A DNA stretch of 64,000 nucleotides from Octopus vulgaris (GCA_951406725.2 OX597828.1:33170001-33234000); one strand, 5' to 3'; positions 1 through 14,191 are shown, counted from the stretch's first letter. Notes: generated from the sequence alone by a model not told the origin. A program made the numbers and translations.

Positions 1-247
1 TAGATACAGTCTTTTTGCGTATCGTTTTTTGTATTTTGTGTTTGTGTGCGCAATGCTAGTTGTGTTCTTCTGTTGGGTATCAGATCTGTAGAGTACATGT
101 TGTGAGGGCTGTTTATTTTATTGGATATTTACTGTATAATGTGTGCCTTCTGTTAGTGGATGTGTTATTTGGGTTGTACTATTGAAATACGTAGGATAAT
201 AATAAAGATAATAATAATAATAATATTAATAATAATATTATTATTAA

Positions 248-289
<42 letters not shown>

Positions 290-1835
290 CATTATTATTA
301 TTTTTGTTGTTGTTGCTGTTGATATTAGCCTTCTTCTTCTACTTCATCTTCCTCATCGTCATATTTTAGACTCGCAGTTGTTGGTTTTATTGATTCTAAA
401 CACGTTGCAGCTATTCTTAGTATTAATCTCTTACTGTTGCTATCAATGATTCGGTGGATGTTGCTCTTGCTTAGCTGCAAGTCAGTTATGATTGTTTAGC
501 CTGACTTTAAAGCAAGAAAATGTCAGAACATTAGATCACAAAGTTCTAGATACACTTAGCCTTAAAAAAATACTCGATGGTATGAGCTTAGACGTATGCA
601 ATGCCAAAACTGATCCGGTAGCCGGCACTTAACTTATTAGACAAAACACCAAAATTTCTCCAAACATGTTATCCTACCATCTTAAATATAAATATACACA
701 TAGGACAGTGGATTCCTACATACATTAAGACCTTAAAACACAATTTGATAGTATCAGTTTCAGCTGAAATCGATCAGTTCGCGAGCTTTGGACTTATTAG
801 GCATGGTAGCAAAATGGCTGGAAGACGTTATCCTAACGCTTTAAAGTTATACAGACATATTGAATTTTATGACAGTCTAGATTTACAGTGTCTAAAAAAC
901 TGGTTTAATCGACTGGCGCGCTCTTGAGTACAGATATGCTCCGTCAGATTATACCTGTTGCAAAACCTCACCAGCAACCAACAACACTCGATTAATTCCA
1001 AGCTGAATCCTGTAATCCTTAATAACCTCACTATAAAAAGCATGCAAAACCCATAGAATCTTCGGAACGTAAACATTCACTTTAGGAGACAGTGAAAGAG
1101 CCTGTATGTGGTTGATTCTCTTGCAAGAAATAGCGGTAAAATATTACTGAGATACCATCCTTTCGTGCAAAAATGATTTAATACAAGAGAGATCAAAAAG
1201 AAATATTTCCGCACTTGTACCGACTCGCACCATTTTCTGACTTCGTTTTTATTGGTTTTGGAATTCTTGTCATTATTATTTTTTTGTAGCCTTTGCTCAA
1301 CTATGATCGATTTGTCTAATCATCGAATTCCTTCAAGCCATAACAGCTCTTTTTTCTTTTTTTATGTATTTAACAGTCAGGTGAATTCTGAGGGAAATAC
1401 GGCTGCCATTTTTAGGAGTTCGAGAGACGATGCTAAGATGTTCTTCCTTTTTTTCGTTTTCACTTCACAAATGATGTCCATGACTGTCTACTATTACACA
1501 CTGCAAGCGTGTGTCTCTCACCCCGCCCAACCCATTCATTTATGGACATCGAACACATTTACCAAGACAACCGCTTCGCAGAACTGTTAATTTGTCTGAA
1601 AAATGCTTTGGGGTAAATGTACGGATTCTACATACTTAGTTCAAATTTCACCAATACACGCATCCGTGCGTGCATGTATGTGTATGTGTTTGTATGTGTG
1701 TGCGCGTGTTTACGTATGTGTGTATATGTGCGTGTAAGTGTGTGCGCGCGTGCGTTCGTGTGTGTTCGTGTATGAGCTTGTGTACACCCTATATGAATAT
1801 ATATTCAATTCATACACACACACATACACACACAT

Positions 1836-1866
<31 letters not shown>

Positions 1867-1993
1867 ATATACAGTATATAACACTGATTTGATATATATA
1901 TATATATATGTGTGTGTGTGCCTATTTATGTATAAATGTATATATTAAATTATTTAATTGTTCAATTTATTATTTTGGTTTCCATTTGTAATT

Positions 1994-2037
<44 letters not shown>

Positions 2038-2198
2038 AGTATATATATATATATATATGTATGTGTGTATATATATATATACATACATATATATATACAT
2101 ATATATATATATATACATATATGTATATAAATTAGAAATGGAAGCCAAAATAATAAATTGTGCAAGTAATAATTAATATATACATTTATACATACATA

Positions 2199-2605
2199 GG
2201 CACAGGCTGGTTGTATGGTAAGTATCTGGCTTACCAACCACATGGTTCTGGGTTCGGTCCCACAGTGTGACACCTTGGGCAAGTGCCTCCTACTATAGCC
2301 TCGAGACGATCAAAACATTGTGAGTGGATTTGATAGGCGGAAACTAAAAGAAGCTTGTCATATATATACGTGTGTGTATGTGTGTGTGCATGTTTGTGTG
2401 TCTGTTTTTGTCCCCCCCACCATCGCTTGACAACAGATGTTGGTGCGTTTACCTCCCCGTAATTTAGCGGTTCGGCAAAAGAGACCAATAGAATTAGTAT
2501 TAGGCTTACAAAGAATAAGTTCTGGGGTCGGTTTGCTCAACTGAAGGCGGTTCTCCAGCATGGCCGCAGTCAAATGACTGAAAAAAGTAAAAGAATAAAA
2601 GAATA
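2199..2605 (+). mobile_element. tRNA-derived SINE family A (CORE-like), full length
   Basis: Pol III A/B-box-like head (GGTTCGGTCCC), CORE-like CCTTGGGCAAGT, internal TA/TG microsatellite, tail CAGTCAAATGACTG plus TAAAAGA repeats; more than 10 copies in the window. Confidence 0.85.
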
Positions 2606-2619
2606 CACCCATCCATACG

Positions 2620-2794
2620 TACGTACGTACATACATACATACATACATACATACATACATACATACATACATACATACATACATACATACATACATACAT
2701 ACATACATACATACATACATACATACATACATACATACATACATACATACATACATACATACATACATACATACATACATACATACATACATAC
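2620..2794. repeat. (ATAC)n microsatellite
   Basis: Perfect tetranucleotide run; source of the MYVC/IHTY ORFs. Confidence 0.98.
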
Positions 2795-3016
2795 ACACGT
2801 TGTGAGTTCAAATCCCTCAAAGGTAAACTCTTCCTTTCATTCATTCGCGCATCGGGGCCAATGGTATCGACGAGCCACTCACCTTAAAATTGCTGCCCTT
2901 GAGACTAAATTAGAAATCATAATTTCATCGCAATTATTCTCTTTTAAGCTTTTAGGAAGAGCCATTTACATACCAACACATTCTCCGAGAAATATCGGGT
3001 AAAATAACTCAAAATA

Positions 3017-3402
3017 TGGAAGCACTCCGTCGGTTACGACGATGAGAATTCCGGTTGATCCGAATCAACGGAACAGCCTGCTCGTGAAATTAACGTGTAA
3101 GTGGCTGAGCACTCCACAGACACGTGCACCCTTAACGTAGTTCTCGGGGATATTCAGCGTGACACAGAGAGGGACAAGGCCGGCCCCTTGAAATAGAGGT
3201 ACAACAGAAACAGGAAGTAAGAGTGAGAGAAAGTTGTGGGGAAAGAGTACAGCAGGGATCACCACCATCCCTTGCCGGAGCCTCGTGGAGCTTTTAGGTG
3301 TTTTCGCTCAATAAACACTCACAACGCCCGGTCTGGGAATCGAAACCGCGATCCTATGACCGCGAGTCCGCTGCCCTAACCACTGGGCCATTGCGCCTCC
3401 AC
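3017..3402 (-). mobile_element. tRNA-derived SINE family C, full length
   Basis: Head GGAGGCGCAATGGCCCAGTGGTTAGG (A box) and GGTTTCGATTCCC (B box); second copy at 57750-58020. Confidence 0.85.
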
Positions 3403-3770
3403 AACGCAAAATATATCTTACTATCGAACAGAAGGACGTAATGAATTTTAAATTCTTGTATGCTTTCTCTTGAATTATAAAGGATAGCTATGGCTCGAAA
3501 GTGTTAAACAGTTATCTGCTTGATCAGAGATGGCCTGAGACTAAACAATAATAGAAATATCTTATGCTCATGCGTCCCAGGAAAAATTGATTTTGTTTCA
3601 ATCTCGAATACAATCCGTCTCCTCACCTCAACGGTATTATATTTAGTGGCAAAATATGTTCGCTCCGTGCACTTGTATTGATGTTTCACCTTTTTCATAA
3701 GTTTTGGGTAGTGCATAACTGAGGAAATCTAATTCATAACATAATTGGAACATTATTTTTATCGACTCCC

Positions 3771-4385
3771 AAGACGGCGAGCTGGCAGAAACGTTAGCTC
3801 GCCGGGCGAAATACTTAGCCGTATTTCGTCTGCCGTTACGTTCTGAGTTCAAATTCCACCGAGGTCGACTATGCCTTTCATCCTTTCGGAGTCGATTAAA
3901 TAAGTACCAGTTACGCACTGGGGTCGATATAATCGACTTAATCCGTTTGTCTGTACTTGTTTGTCCTGTCTGTGCTTAGCCCCTTGTGGGTAGTAAAGAA
4001 ATAGATATTTCGTCTACCGTTATGTTCTTAGTTCAAATTCCGCTGAGGTCGACTTTGCCTTTCATCCTTTCGGGGTCGATAAATTAAGTACCAGCTACGC
4101 ACTGGAGTCGATGTAATCGACTTAATCCGTTTTTCTGTCCTTGTTTTCCCCTCTTTGTTTAGCCCCTTGTGGGCGATAAAGAAATAAGAATCGTTTCCAC
4201 GCTGGACGAAATGCTTATCGGTATTTCGCTCGTCGCAATAGTGTGAGTTCAAATTCCGCCGAGGTCGACTTTGCCCTTTCATCCTTCCGGGGTTAATAAT
4301 ATAAGTACCAGTGAAACACTGGGGATTGATGTAATCGACTTCTTCCGTCCACCAAAATTCCAGGCCCTGTGCCATTAGTAGAAAT
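3771..4385 (+). mobile_element. Nested/tandem array of three SINE family B units (Nin/Deu-like domain)
   Basis: Three repeats of GAGTTCAAATTCC..GAGGTCGACTTTGCCTTTCATCCTTTCGGGGTCGATAAATTAAGTACCAG; the central motif resembles the Nin/Deu SINE domain. Confidence 0.85.
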
Positions 4386-4497
4386 GATGGTTTTCTCGAC
4401 CCAGGAAAATTGAAAGGTAAATGTGACATCAACCGAATTTGAGCGCAGAACTTAAAGAACTGGACTATAACTACTTACTCTGATTATTTTTTCGGTG

Positions 4498-4712
4498 CAA
4501 AGCGCGAGATGGCAGAAACGTTAGCACGCCGGATGAAATGACTAGCGGTATTTCGTCTGCCGTTACGTTCTGAGTTCGAATTCCACCGAGGTCGACTTTG
4601 CCTTTCATCCTTTCGGAGTCGATAAATTAAGTACCAGTTGCGTTTTGGGATCGATCTAATCAACTGGGCCCCTCCCCTAAAAATTTCGGACCTTGTGCCT
4701 AGAGTAGAAAAT
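4498..4712 (+). mobile_element. SINE family B (B1 tail)
   Basis: Head TGGCAGAAACGTTAGCACGCC, B box, Nin-like domain, tail CCTTGTGCCTAGAGTAGAAA. Confidence 0.85.
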
Positions 4713-6633
4713 ATTATTTTCCCGGTGCTCTAAATATTCAGCCAATCCAATCCATAATTCTTACATTCTCCTCCTATTGATTTATTAAGTATACTCAAAG
4801 CAGTTCTTTTGAACAAACCTGCGACGCTGTGATGCTCATTCAGTTTCCAATAAACAATAATACCTGTAGTGTAAAACGAACCAAAATGTGTCAATATATA
4901 ATATAAACTTGGCGTAAAGTGATTCGTATCGCTGAAGCTGACTACTTTTATACGTGATATTACGGGTACATACTAAATAACTTTAGCAAATCATATATAT
5001 TGACAAAGATGAAAAGGCTTAAGACGAGTGATTTCCAAACTTTTGCTTGTCAAACCACCCTTTGATAACAAGTCACATAGGCCAATACACCTCATTAAAC
5101 GTCCATAATATTATTTAAAGTTTAAGTGGATTTTATGTCTTATATATTTTATTATAGTTGAAATTGTAAAAAGAAAACTAAAAAAAATTATCACAAAACA
5201 TTTATAGTCAATAAACAACCAGCTTCATAAAAGTCACTATCTTCACATGATTAGCAAGAAACATAGTTAACACAAAATACAGAAAAATAAAATTATTGAC
5301 TGTTTTTTTTCTGCTTATTTTCACTAGTTTCTCTATGTTTGATGTAGTATTTGTGAGCGCCAATCGCATGACATAGACGCGGTTCGATTCTATTTTTTTG
5401 TTGGTGGTGATGGTGGTCGTATTATTTTCTATGCATCACAGTAGAAAATACAGATTCTCAAAGATAAGTTGTGGGGAAAGAAATTATTGATTCCAATGTT
5501 ATATTTGCAAGTTAACTGTTTTTACTATAATTCTGTCAAAGAATCGGAAGAGAATTTTGTTGGCTTCCTTACCTTGTAGTTTCACAGTCTCCTCTTTAAG
5601 GTCCTTGTCCAATAAGAACGGTTGTCGGATCCGGTCGTCAACAGTTTCCTTATGGTATGTACTTTACTGCATTCTCAAACACTGACAGATGATCAGTAAT
5701 TCCTTCTTTCAACGAAGAATCGATTTCCAACTGTGCTTCAATCCTTCCAACAGGCGAAGAACAGATAAGAAACTTTCTTACATTTAGATAATCCAAAATA
5801 AGGCTTTTTTCTTAAAATGCCTCAATCCTTTCGAGACACTGCTGCCTGTTCTCTCTCAATTTCTTCATTGTGAAATTTATTTTATTCGAGTGTTTGAATA
5901 AGTCTGATAAATGTCCAACAGCCAAAACGAATGCTGAAACGCGTTTTATCTAATTGTTTCCATAATCATAGAAGAAGCTGGCAATTTCTTCAGATATAAC
6001 AATAACACAATAGAGAACCAATGCTCTATATTCACTTGCAAATTTCTCGCAGAAACACATAAAGATGTCATACGATTGAGAACTTGGACTCCAATGAAAT
6101 TCACATTTCGATATAACATCCACGAAATTTCGGTAGTGAAGTTTGCACAGCAATCTATCCCGAAGGTGATATACAGTGATAAATTTTTATAGCAGGTATT
6201 ACAACCTACAACAAATGTGAAGTACTTTATTTTCCCTCATTACACACACATCTCTGATTCCAATTCATTAAGTTTAAGATATTGTCATTGAGACATCAGT
6301 AGCTCTTATAGTGGCAATGTCCCAGAAAACAGAAACTGATCCTTAGAGACAGCAACATAAAGTCATACTCACAAAATTGGCTCGTGTTTCAGAATACAGT
6401 TGATTTATTCATTTGAATAATGATTGAAAATGTGAGATCATGTCAGATCGTTTGTCATCTGGATATCCTCGCTTATTTCCGCAACTACGCCCGCAATGAC
6501 ATTATTTTTCCGTCTCTATCTTGTGAAGGGAGGAGTTCTACTATTTCTAGGGAACATAGATTTGTTTGTCAATCGCCTTCCTATGAATTAGAATGCGAAA
6601 AGAACTTTTAATTCACACACTCACACACACACA

Positions 6634-6677
<44 letters not shown>

Positions 6678-6934
6678 TACACACGTATGTTAGGAAAACA
6701 CTAATAATATATATAAGCACAAACGCAAAACGTGCAGAGAATATCACCAAATCCTCGTCAGTAATCGTCCAAATGCGCGCAGCAATTTCACGCGAGTCTT
6801 TGGGCGATAACTGGCGTGGATTTGGTGACATGTTGTGTGTGCTTTCGGTTGGTTCCGTTTGTGCTCATATAGATTGTGTGTGTTTTTAACATAATACTTA
6901 ATATAACACCACCCACCGCTTTATTTTGTTAACT

Positions 6935-6987
<53 letters not shown>

Positions 6988-6992
6988 AAATG

Positions 6993-7199
6993 TGACCGCG
7001 TGTATACCGTTGGAGAATTTTTTTCCTCCGTCTTCCCTTCTCTGGATCTTTCCTTTTCCTATGTTTCTGAAGAAGAGCTCCGCTCGAAAGGTTAGATCCT
7101 CCTTCTTCCCTTCCTTCCTGAGCGTCCAATAATACTATATTTGTTCCACGTCCTCGCGTTGTTGTATTTTCTCTTTGTGTTTTCATGTTTGGATTAACT
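6993..7199 (+). mobile_element. Penelope-like pseudo-LTR fragment with minimal hammerhead motif
   Basis: CTGAAGA-A-GAGC/GCTC-GAAA at 7067-7089; related copies at 16472-16660 and 47492-47703. Confidence 0.6.
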
Positions 7200-7212
7200 A
7201 TATATATATATC

Positions 7213-7621
7213 TTTTTTTTTACTCTTTTAATTGTTTCAGTCAGTTGAATGCGCCCATGCTGGAGCACCGCCTTTAGCCGAGCAACTCGACCTCGGGACT
7301 TATTCTTTGTAAGCCCAGTACTTATTCTATCGGTCCCTTTTGCCGAACCGCTAAGTGACGGGGACATAAACACACCAGCATTGGTTGTCAAGCAATGCTA
7401 GGGGGACAAACTCAGACACACAAACACACACGCACACATATATATATATATACATATATACGACAGGCTTCTTTCAGTTTCCGTCTACCAAATCCACTCA
7501 CAAGGCTTTGGTCGGCCCGAGGCTATAGTGGAAGACACTTGCCCAAGATGCCACGCAATGGGACTAAACCCGGAACCATGTGGTTGGTAAGCAAGCTACT
7601 TTCCACACAGCCACTCCTGCG

Positions 7622-7624
<3 letters not shown>
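7213..7624 (-). mobile_element. SINE family A, full length
   Basis: Reverse-complement match to 2199-2605 and 57072-57525. Confidence 0.85.
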
Positions 7625-7685
<61 letters not shown>

Positions 7686-7881
7686 AGTTAACGCGTGGGT
7701 TTTGTATGAAAGCCGTAATACTGTAGTATTTGTCCTGTGAAAGCATCTGGTATAGACATTTCGTGCTTAAATGCACGGAAATAGCGGTAGCTCACAATGT
7801 TTATGTGCTTTTAGGCAGCAAAGACTGTATGAGAGGCTCTAAGCCAATTCGGGTTTCTTACAATACATCTACGTTAAGTAG

Positions 7882-7981
<100 letters not shown>

Positions 7982-8467
7982 TTAAAAGCAATGGATTAAA
8001 TATGCTTTATGACATATATCTATAATTGTTTCAACACAATATTACCAGCTGTTCATTGGTGAATGTTGTATATATTTTAAACGACACTACTTTAATTAGT
8101 ATCACTTACCAATACTAGCATATACACTTCCACGAGTGGGTGTTGTGAAGAGAAACTTTCTTAAATCAGATTTTCATTTTCTACGTGATGTACCTACGTA
8201 GAAATAGTATTTAAGCACTCTACAGACAAAAAAAAAATCAAATGTCAAAGAAAAAGTAAAAACAAAGGAACGAAAATTAATGATAATTATATTATAAAAC
8301 GATAAACTTTATCAATTAACCATCTCTTGTCACTTGTTACGTTTCCACTTATTTATATGCGTGTGTGTGTTTGTGTGTGTGTGTGTGTGGTGTGAGTGTG
8401 TTGTTTGTGTGTGTTGTGTGTGTGTGCGGCTTGTATGTGGTGTGGGGTGGTGGTGCTGTGTTTGTGT

Positions 8468-8815
8468 GTGAAGGCGCGTGGCTTAGAGGTTAGGGTATTC
8501 GGCTGGCGAGCAGGCAGAAACGTTAACACGCCGGCGAAATGCTTAGCAGTATTTCGTCTGTCTTTACGTTCTGAGTTCAAACTCCGCCGAGGTCGACTTT
8601 ACCTTTCATCCTTTCGGGGTCGATTAAATAAGTACCAGTTACGCACTCGGGTCGATATAATCGACTTAATCCGTGTGTCTGTCCTTGTTTGTCCCCTCTG
8701 TGTTTAGCCCCTTGTGGGTAGTAAAGAAATAGGTATTCGGCTGACGATGGCAGGGTCACGAGTTCAGTTCCTGGCGGCGCGTCGTGTCCTTGAGCAAGAC
8801 ATTTTATTTCACGTT
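8468..8815 (+). mobile_element. SINE B2 (8506-8731) nested in the tRNA head of another SINE
   Basis: 12-bp direct repeat GGTATTCGGCTG at 8494-8505 and 8732-8743; the host head resumes with B box GAGTTCAGTTCC and GTGTCCTTGAGCAAGAC. Confidence 0.8.
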
Positions 8816-9880
8816 ATATGTATGTATGTAACTGGTTTTGGTTTGGCAACGGAGGGAAGTTATCGAATTCTTTCAAACGAAGATTTTATAAAGTTTAAAA
8901 AACAAACTCGATGCATCTGCGTATTGAATGTTTCTAAGTTTTACCGTTTATTATTATTTTTTTTTTATTTAATGCGAAAGGTACGTTTTGCTCGATTAAA
9001 ACCTCCAGGGTCATTTCTGATACATTAAACCATACACGACATTTTTGCTGTTCTATTTTCTGATCATCAGAGACGTTACTGGGGTTTTAACTCGTCAATA
9101 ATATGGACTTGGTTTGCAGGTACGTTGGAATCACGGACCGTCATTAACTGCACACACAAAGAGACAAATGAAAATACCATGTAAGAGAGAGTAAAAGCAA
9201 GGATTATCCTCACTAGAGATTGGTATGTCGTTATAGATTTTATCAATATAAAAGTTGAAAACAAATAGTTGAAAACAGGTGTACAAGTAGAAATAACACA
9301 ACCAAATTACATAACGACGAATTGTGTGTGGGTGTGTGGAAGATATTTAAGGTAGAGATATAGTGAAACAGGAAGATAGAAACGCTTAGACAGATGTGGT
9401 GTCATAGTAACGAAAATATTAAAACGTAGAAAATAGAATAAAATGACTACCAACGTGTTTGCGACATGTGCAGTTCTCTCACTTTTTTTTTTTGCGGGAA
9501 TGTTCTGACATTTTGATGGCAAGTAGATTTAACATAAGAAAAATGTTTATCACGAAAACGTTTCCAGCACCCACTGAAGTAAGTTTTAGTACCCACTGGA
9601 GTTACGAGCACTATATATTGGGAAATACTGCTTGAGCTGTTGCAACTAAAAGAAGAAATTTTGTGTAGGTTAGCTTAGATACTTAAGTTTCATTACTCCC
9701 CATTCGCACATTCACAGTCACATGCGAACCATAGATAGAAAAATGATAAAAGGTAGAAGAAAGAGGAATCCAAATATGTGGTAAGTAAATGCGACAACAT
9801 ATATTTCTTTAAAGTCTTCTTAGAAACATATTACCAACGTTAAGGAATTGCGAATAACACATTCACAGAAGCATTACGCA

Positions 9881-10672
9881 TACGAGGTCTGATCAATAAG
9901 TATCAGGACTGTTGCCATAGTAACGAAGCTAAAGCATGCAGAGTAAAGTCGCTTGGCAAATATTGACATTGCTGTGCATGCGCACTAAGGCTTAACGTTC
10001 TAGCTCAATTCTTCTGTTTACGGCAGTGCTTGGAAGGAAGGTGTGTACTATGTGATCGGCCCTATGACCATGAGAGAGGATGTTGTCATGGTGATACCTG
10101 CTCAGAGGTCTGTACAAAGTTGCAGAACGTGTATGTAGAGGAGTGTATGAACTGCACACATGTATACGAGTCTTTCAGACGTTTCCAAGATGGCCGAGAA
10201 ATGTCGATAGTAACGAACGTTCTGGGAGACCCGCCATCAGCAAGACGGAGAAAAACATCACCGACGTGCGTACAGCTGTGAGGTGAAATCTTTGAATTAC
10301 CATCCGTGTCTGCTAAGTTTATGCCAAAACCGTTTTCAGCTGACCGAAAACACCCATGTCTCAGGTCCACAAGATCTCTTTGATTGTGTCAAGAACGATG
10401 ACAACTTTTTGAAAACATTGAACAGGTATCGCCAAGCTTTTGGTAAAATTTGGTGTAGATTCTCTGCTCAATTTTTTCTTGGTCAATGCGACAATCACAC
10501 GCTACATACGTTCCTTCCAAGCATTGCAGTAAACAACTGAACTGAGCAAGAACGTCGAAACTTAGTGCGCATGCACAACAGGGTTCACGAGCAACCTGTG
10601 TCAAGCGGTTTTACTATGAGAACAGTGCGTTACTATGAGAACAGTGCGGATACTTATTGATCAGGCCACGTA
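9881..10672 (+). mobile_element. Internally deleted mariner element
   Basis: TA-flanked TIRs TACGAGGTCTGATCAATAAGTATC / GATACTTATTGATCAGGCCACGTA; subterminal inverted repeat near 9971-10010 and 10540-10580; HTH remnant LQNVYVEECMNCTHVYESFRRFQDGRE. Confidence 0.85.
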
Positions 10673-11363
10673 CATTCACTCACATACACAGACACCATTT
10701 ATCGATTTATAAAGGCGACAAAATGGCAGTGGTTTTAGAGCGTCACGTAAGAGGATCTGCATTATTTGTTCCGCTCCATGTTTTTCGTGTTCACATTCTC
10801 AACTTCGCCCTTCGTATTTTATGTTTAATGGTAAATCTTTAATAATAAGGGCTAAATATATTTATGATCATACACTTCTGCTTGAAAAAAGAAGTAAAGA
10901 TTGGACAGTATTGTCTATGATATATCAAAATATTAGGTACTATTGTGGATAGTTTAATCCTAGGTCGTCATGAATAAGGATCAGAGTCTAGAAGGGTCTT
11001 AGTCTAGAAGAAAGCTAGCACAAGGCAATGTGTTTGCTCAATTCTTAATATGGATTTACGAGGGGATTTTATCTCTGTTTAGTTTCAAGTCAAGCAATGT
11101 AGACCAGCTGTACAAACTATGTACAGCAAGCCTACATTATCAAATCAAACCTTGTACAGCAAGACTTCATTATCAAGTCAAACCATGTACAGCAAGCCTA
11201 TAATCTACATGATCCTACTTGTTTTAAGACAGCATGGCGTGATTTGAAGATGTAGTTATGGCTGGCTGGCAAAGCCGAGTCTCGCTCGTTTGCTTGATGT
11301 CACTTTCTGTTGAAAGATAAGGATGCGGACTTAATATAATTCGATATAATTAAACGCGGTGTT

Positions 11364-11434
<71 letters not shown>

Positions 11435-11509
11435 TGTGTGTGTACATATGTGCATGTGTATCTGTTCACGTATGACTATAGGTGTGCAGCAATATTTATC
11501 TAATAAGCA

Positions 11510-11910
11510 AGGCGGCGAGGTGACAGAAACGTTAGCACACCGGTCGAAATGCTTGGCGGTATTTCGTCTGCCGTTACGTTCTGAGTTCAAACTCCGCCGA
11601 GGTTGACTTTGCCTTTCATCCTTTCGGGATCGATAAATTAAGTACCAGTTACGCACCGTGATCGATGTAATCGACTTACTCCGTCTGTCTGTCCTTGTTT
11701 GTCCCCTCTGTGTTTAGCCCCTTGTGGGTAATAAAGAAACTGGTATTTCGTCTGCCTTTACGTTCTGAATTCAAATTCCGCCGAGGTAGACTTTACCTTT
11801 CATCCTTTGAGGATCGATAAATTAAGTACCAGTTGCATATTGGGGTCGATCTAATCGACTGGTTCCCTCCCCATAAATTTCCGGCGTTGTACATAGAGGA
11901 GAAAAGAATA
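11510..11910 (+). mobile_element. SINE B2 unit followed by a B1 unit (nested dimer)
   Basis: Two Nin-like domains; junction AAAGAAACT|GGTATTTCGTCTG. Confidence 0.85.
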
Positions 11911-12505
11911 TTTATCTTATAGGCATCATCGTAATAACTGTTCCAAATTTAAAGCATAAGGCGAGCATTTTAAGGTGAAAGAGAAATTCGATCACATCGA
12001 CACTAGTCATTAGCTTGAATATATTTTGTCGACCTTGAAGTGTGAAAGGTAAAGTCAACCATAGGCGGAATTTGAACTCAGAACGTAATCAATCGAAACA
12101 GGCATCGTAATAATACTCACAATTGGTGTCACGGTCACCTCGTAGAAACTGTGATGACATAAACCCTATTGGATAATATGAGGGTAATTTTGCATCTGTA
12201 ATTAACTCATACTTAAACATTATTACTGTTATTGTAAGCATATTGACTGCATATATAGAAATAGAAAATTTATTTTATTCAATTTTCATTCAATTTAATA
12301 AATATCGTTATTTTGAAAATTATACTGGCTTCATTATTGTGTGTATGCACCATGAAATTTGTGAGAAACAAATTAATTATAATTATTGTAATTATGTTCA
12401 TAACATGATCTTACCTGGAGTAGCAACAGCATATTCTCAACATTAACCAGTTTATGATAGTTCGCGGTCCAGTTTTACATAACCCTGATTCCTAATAAAT
12501 ATATA

Positions 12506-12942
12506 TATCAGGTTGGTTCATAATTATTGCGGCTTTTTTTTTTCAACAAGTTTTATTCAACAAAAACAATAACAACATGTAACAACATGTAGCAACTTGT
12601 AACATCATTAAATGATTATTCCGGAGCATATTCACCATCTACTTCGATTACTGATTCCCATTTGCTTGGCAGATGGTCAGACCGTCATTTAAGGATGTTT
12701 TTGTTAAATATTATTAGTTAGTTAGTTAGTTATTTAGTTAGTTAGTTAATTTGGCTCAAAAGCAAATAGCAAGGCCATGTAGGGGGACATGGAGTTAAGT
12801 ACAGGGTGGTATTCATGTAAAGAGTTCAGGCCACTTGAGGTCAAGGGAGGCTTTGAACAAAGCGGTCGTCGGCATCTTATTGTTTTTTATTGAATAAAAT
12901 TTGTCGGAGAAAAAGCCGCAATAATTATGCACCACACCAATA
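12506..12942 (-). mobile_element. Mariner MITE containing a short LINE 3' end
   Basis: TA-flanked TIRs GGTTGGTTCATAATTATTGCGGC / GCCGCAATAATTATGCACCACACC; transposase C-terminus DHLPSKWESVIEVDGEYAPE* on the minus strand. Confidence 0.8.
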
Positions 12943-13444
12943 TAATTATTGTAACTAGGGTTCATAAAGCGATCTTACTTAGCAAAAATATATTGTCAAC
13001 ATTAACCAGTGCACGGTCTAGTTTTACATAACCCTGATTCCTAACAAATATAAATATATTCAAAATGTGCGTAATCCTTTCAATATCAAATATATACTTC
13101 CCCTCTCGCAATCACTCATAAACTCATGCACTTACGCATGTGCGTAATCGTACGTATATGCTTTGAGCGTGTATTACGGACAGTGAGAGAGAATTAAAGA
13201 GAGTTAGGAAGGAGGAAAGAGTGAGGGAGAGATCAGGAATACAAATACTCTCCAGTAAATGTTACGACACATTCTATGAAGACTGCACAGAGGTATTTTC
13301 ACCAGAGTTAAGAACTTCACAGGAGAAAAAAATAACTAAAACTTTCAATGAACTTATACATATGTGAGTGTGTTTGTGTGTGCACGCCAGTGTATGTGTA
13401 TGTATATATATATTTTGTATGTATGTATTTATGTATGTATATAC

Positions 13445-13525
<81 letters not shown>

Positions 13526-14146
13526 CTGTGCGCTGGTAGTTCTTTTTTAAGCAAAGGTGAGTAAAAAAAATAATGATTGAAAGCAGATTTTCGTTTCGAT
13601 GCGTAAGTAAAAAAAAAAAAAAAAAAAAATATATATATATGTAGTTCTCTAGAAATAACACCCATTTCTTCGTTATACTCAAGAGATCGATGTCCACAGT
13701 TAAGAGCTTTAAACATATAAATGCCATTTCTGAAACTTGTAACTCTAAAAGAAACACTCCTTCCACTTCACTAATGGTATGTATGATGGTAGTGAGAAGG
13801 CATTATTTAATCAAAATAAAAGAACTGAATGTTACCTAACTGACTCTGAAATCTGAAAAACAATAATAACTGTTATATAGTCATTCACCTCCATAAATGA
13901 CATTTTATTGAATGGATATACACGATATAATCCTTAGCATGATGTCACTTGATGTGTAGTCCTTGTTTTGTTTAAACAGTTAAAGTAATTTGTATTCAAT
14001 TTAGACAGAAAGTTTTCAGACAAATTCAATGGAACATATATCATAACAGACGCAGATCATAAATATACACACACTAAGTTATGTATTGATTACAAATAAA
14101 ACCCCAGGCATATATCAAGACGTGCAAAATGCATGCATTGCAGTAG

Positions 14147-14191
<45 letters not shown>

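Noticed and set aside
430-1170. Old dispersed repeat (AAATAGC..AAAT..CCTACC.TCTTAAA; also near 11215, 28380, 38510, 46620)
   Set aside because: Probably a real old repeat family, but too diverged to set boundaries or class by eye
3330-3402. tRNA gene (also 48190-48258)
   Set aside because: A and B boxes present but no acceptor stem pairing; continues into a SINE body
3771-4712. CRISPR-like repeat array
   Set aside because: Units of about 200 bp are SINE copies; no unique spacers or cas genes; eukaryotic context
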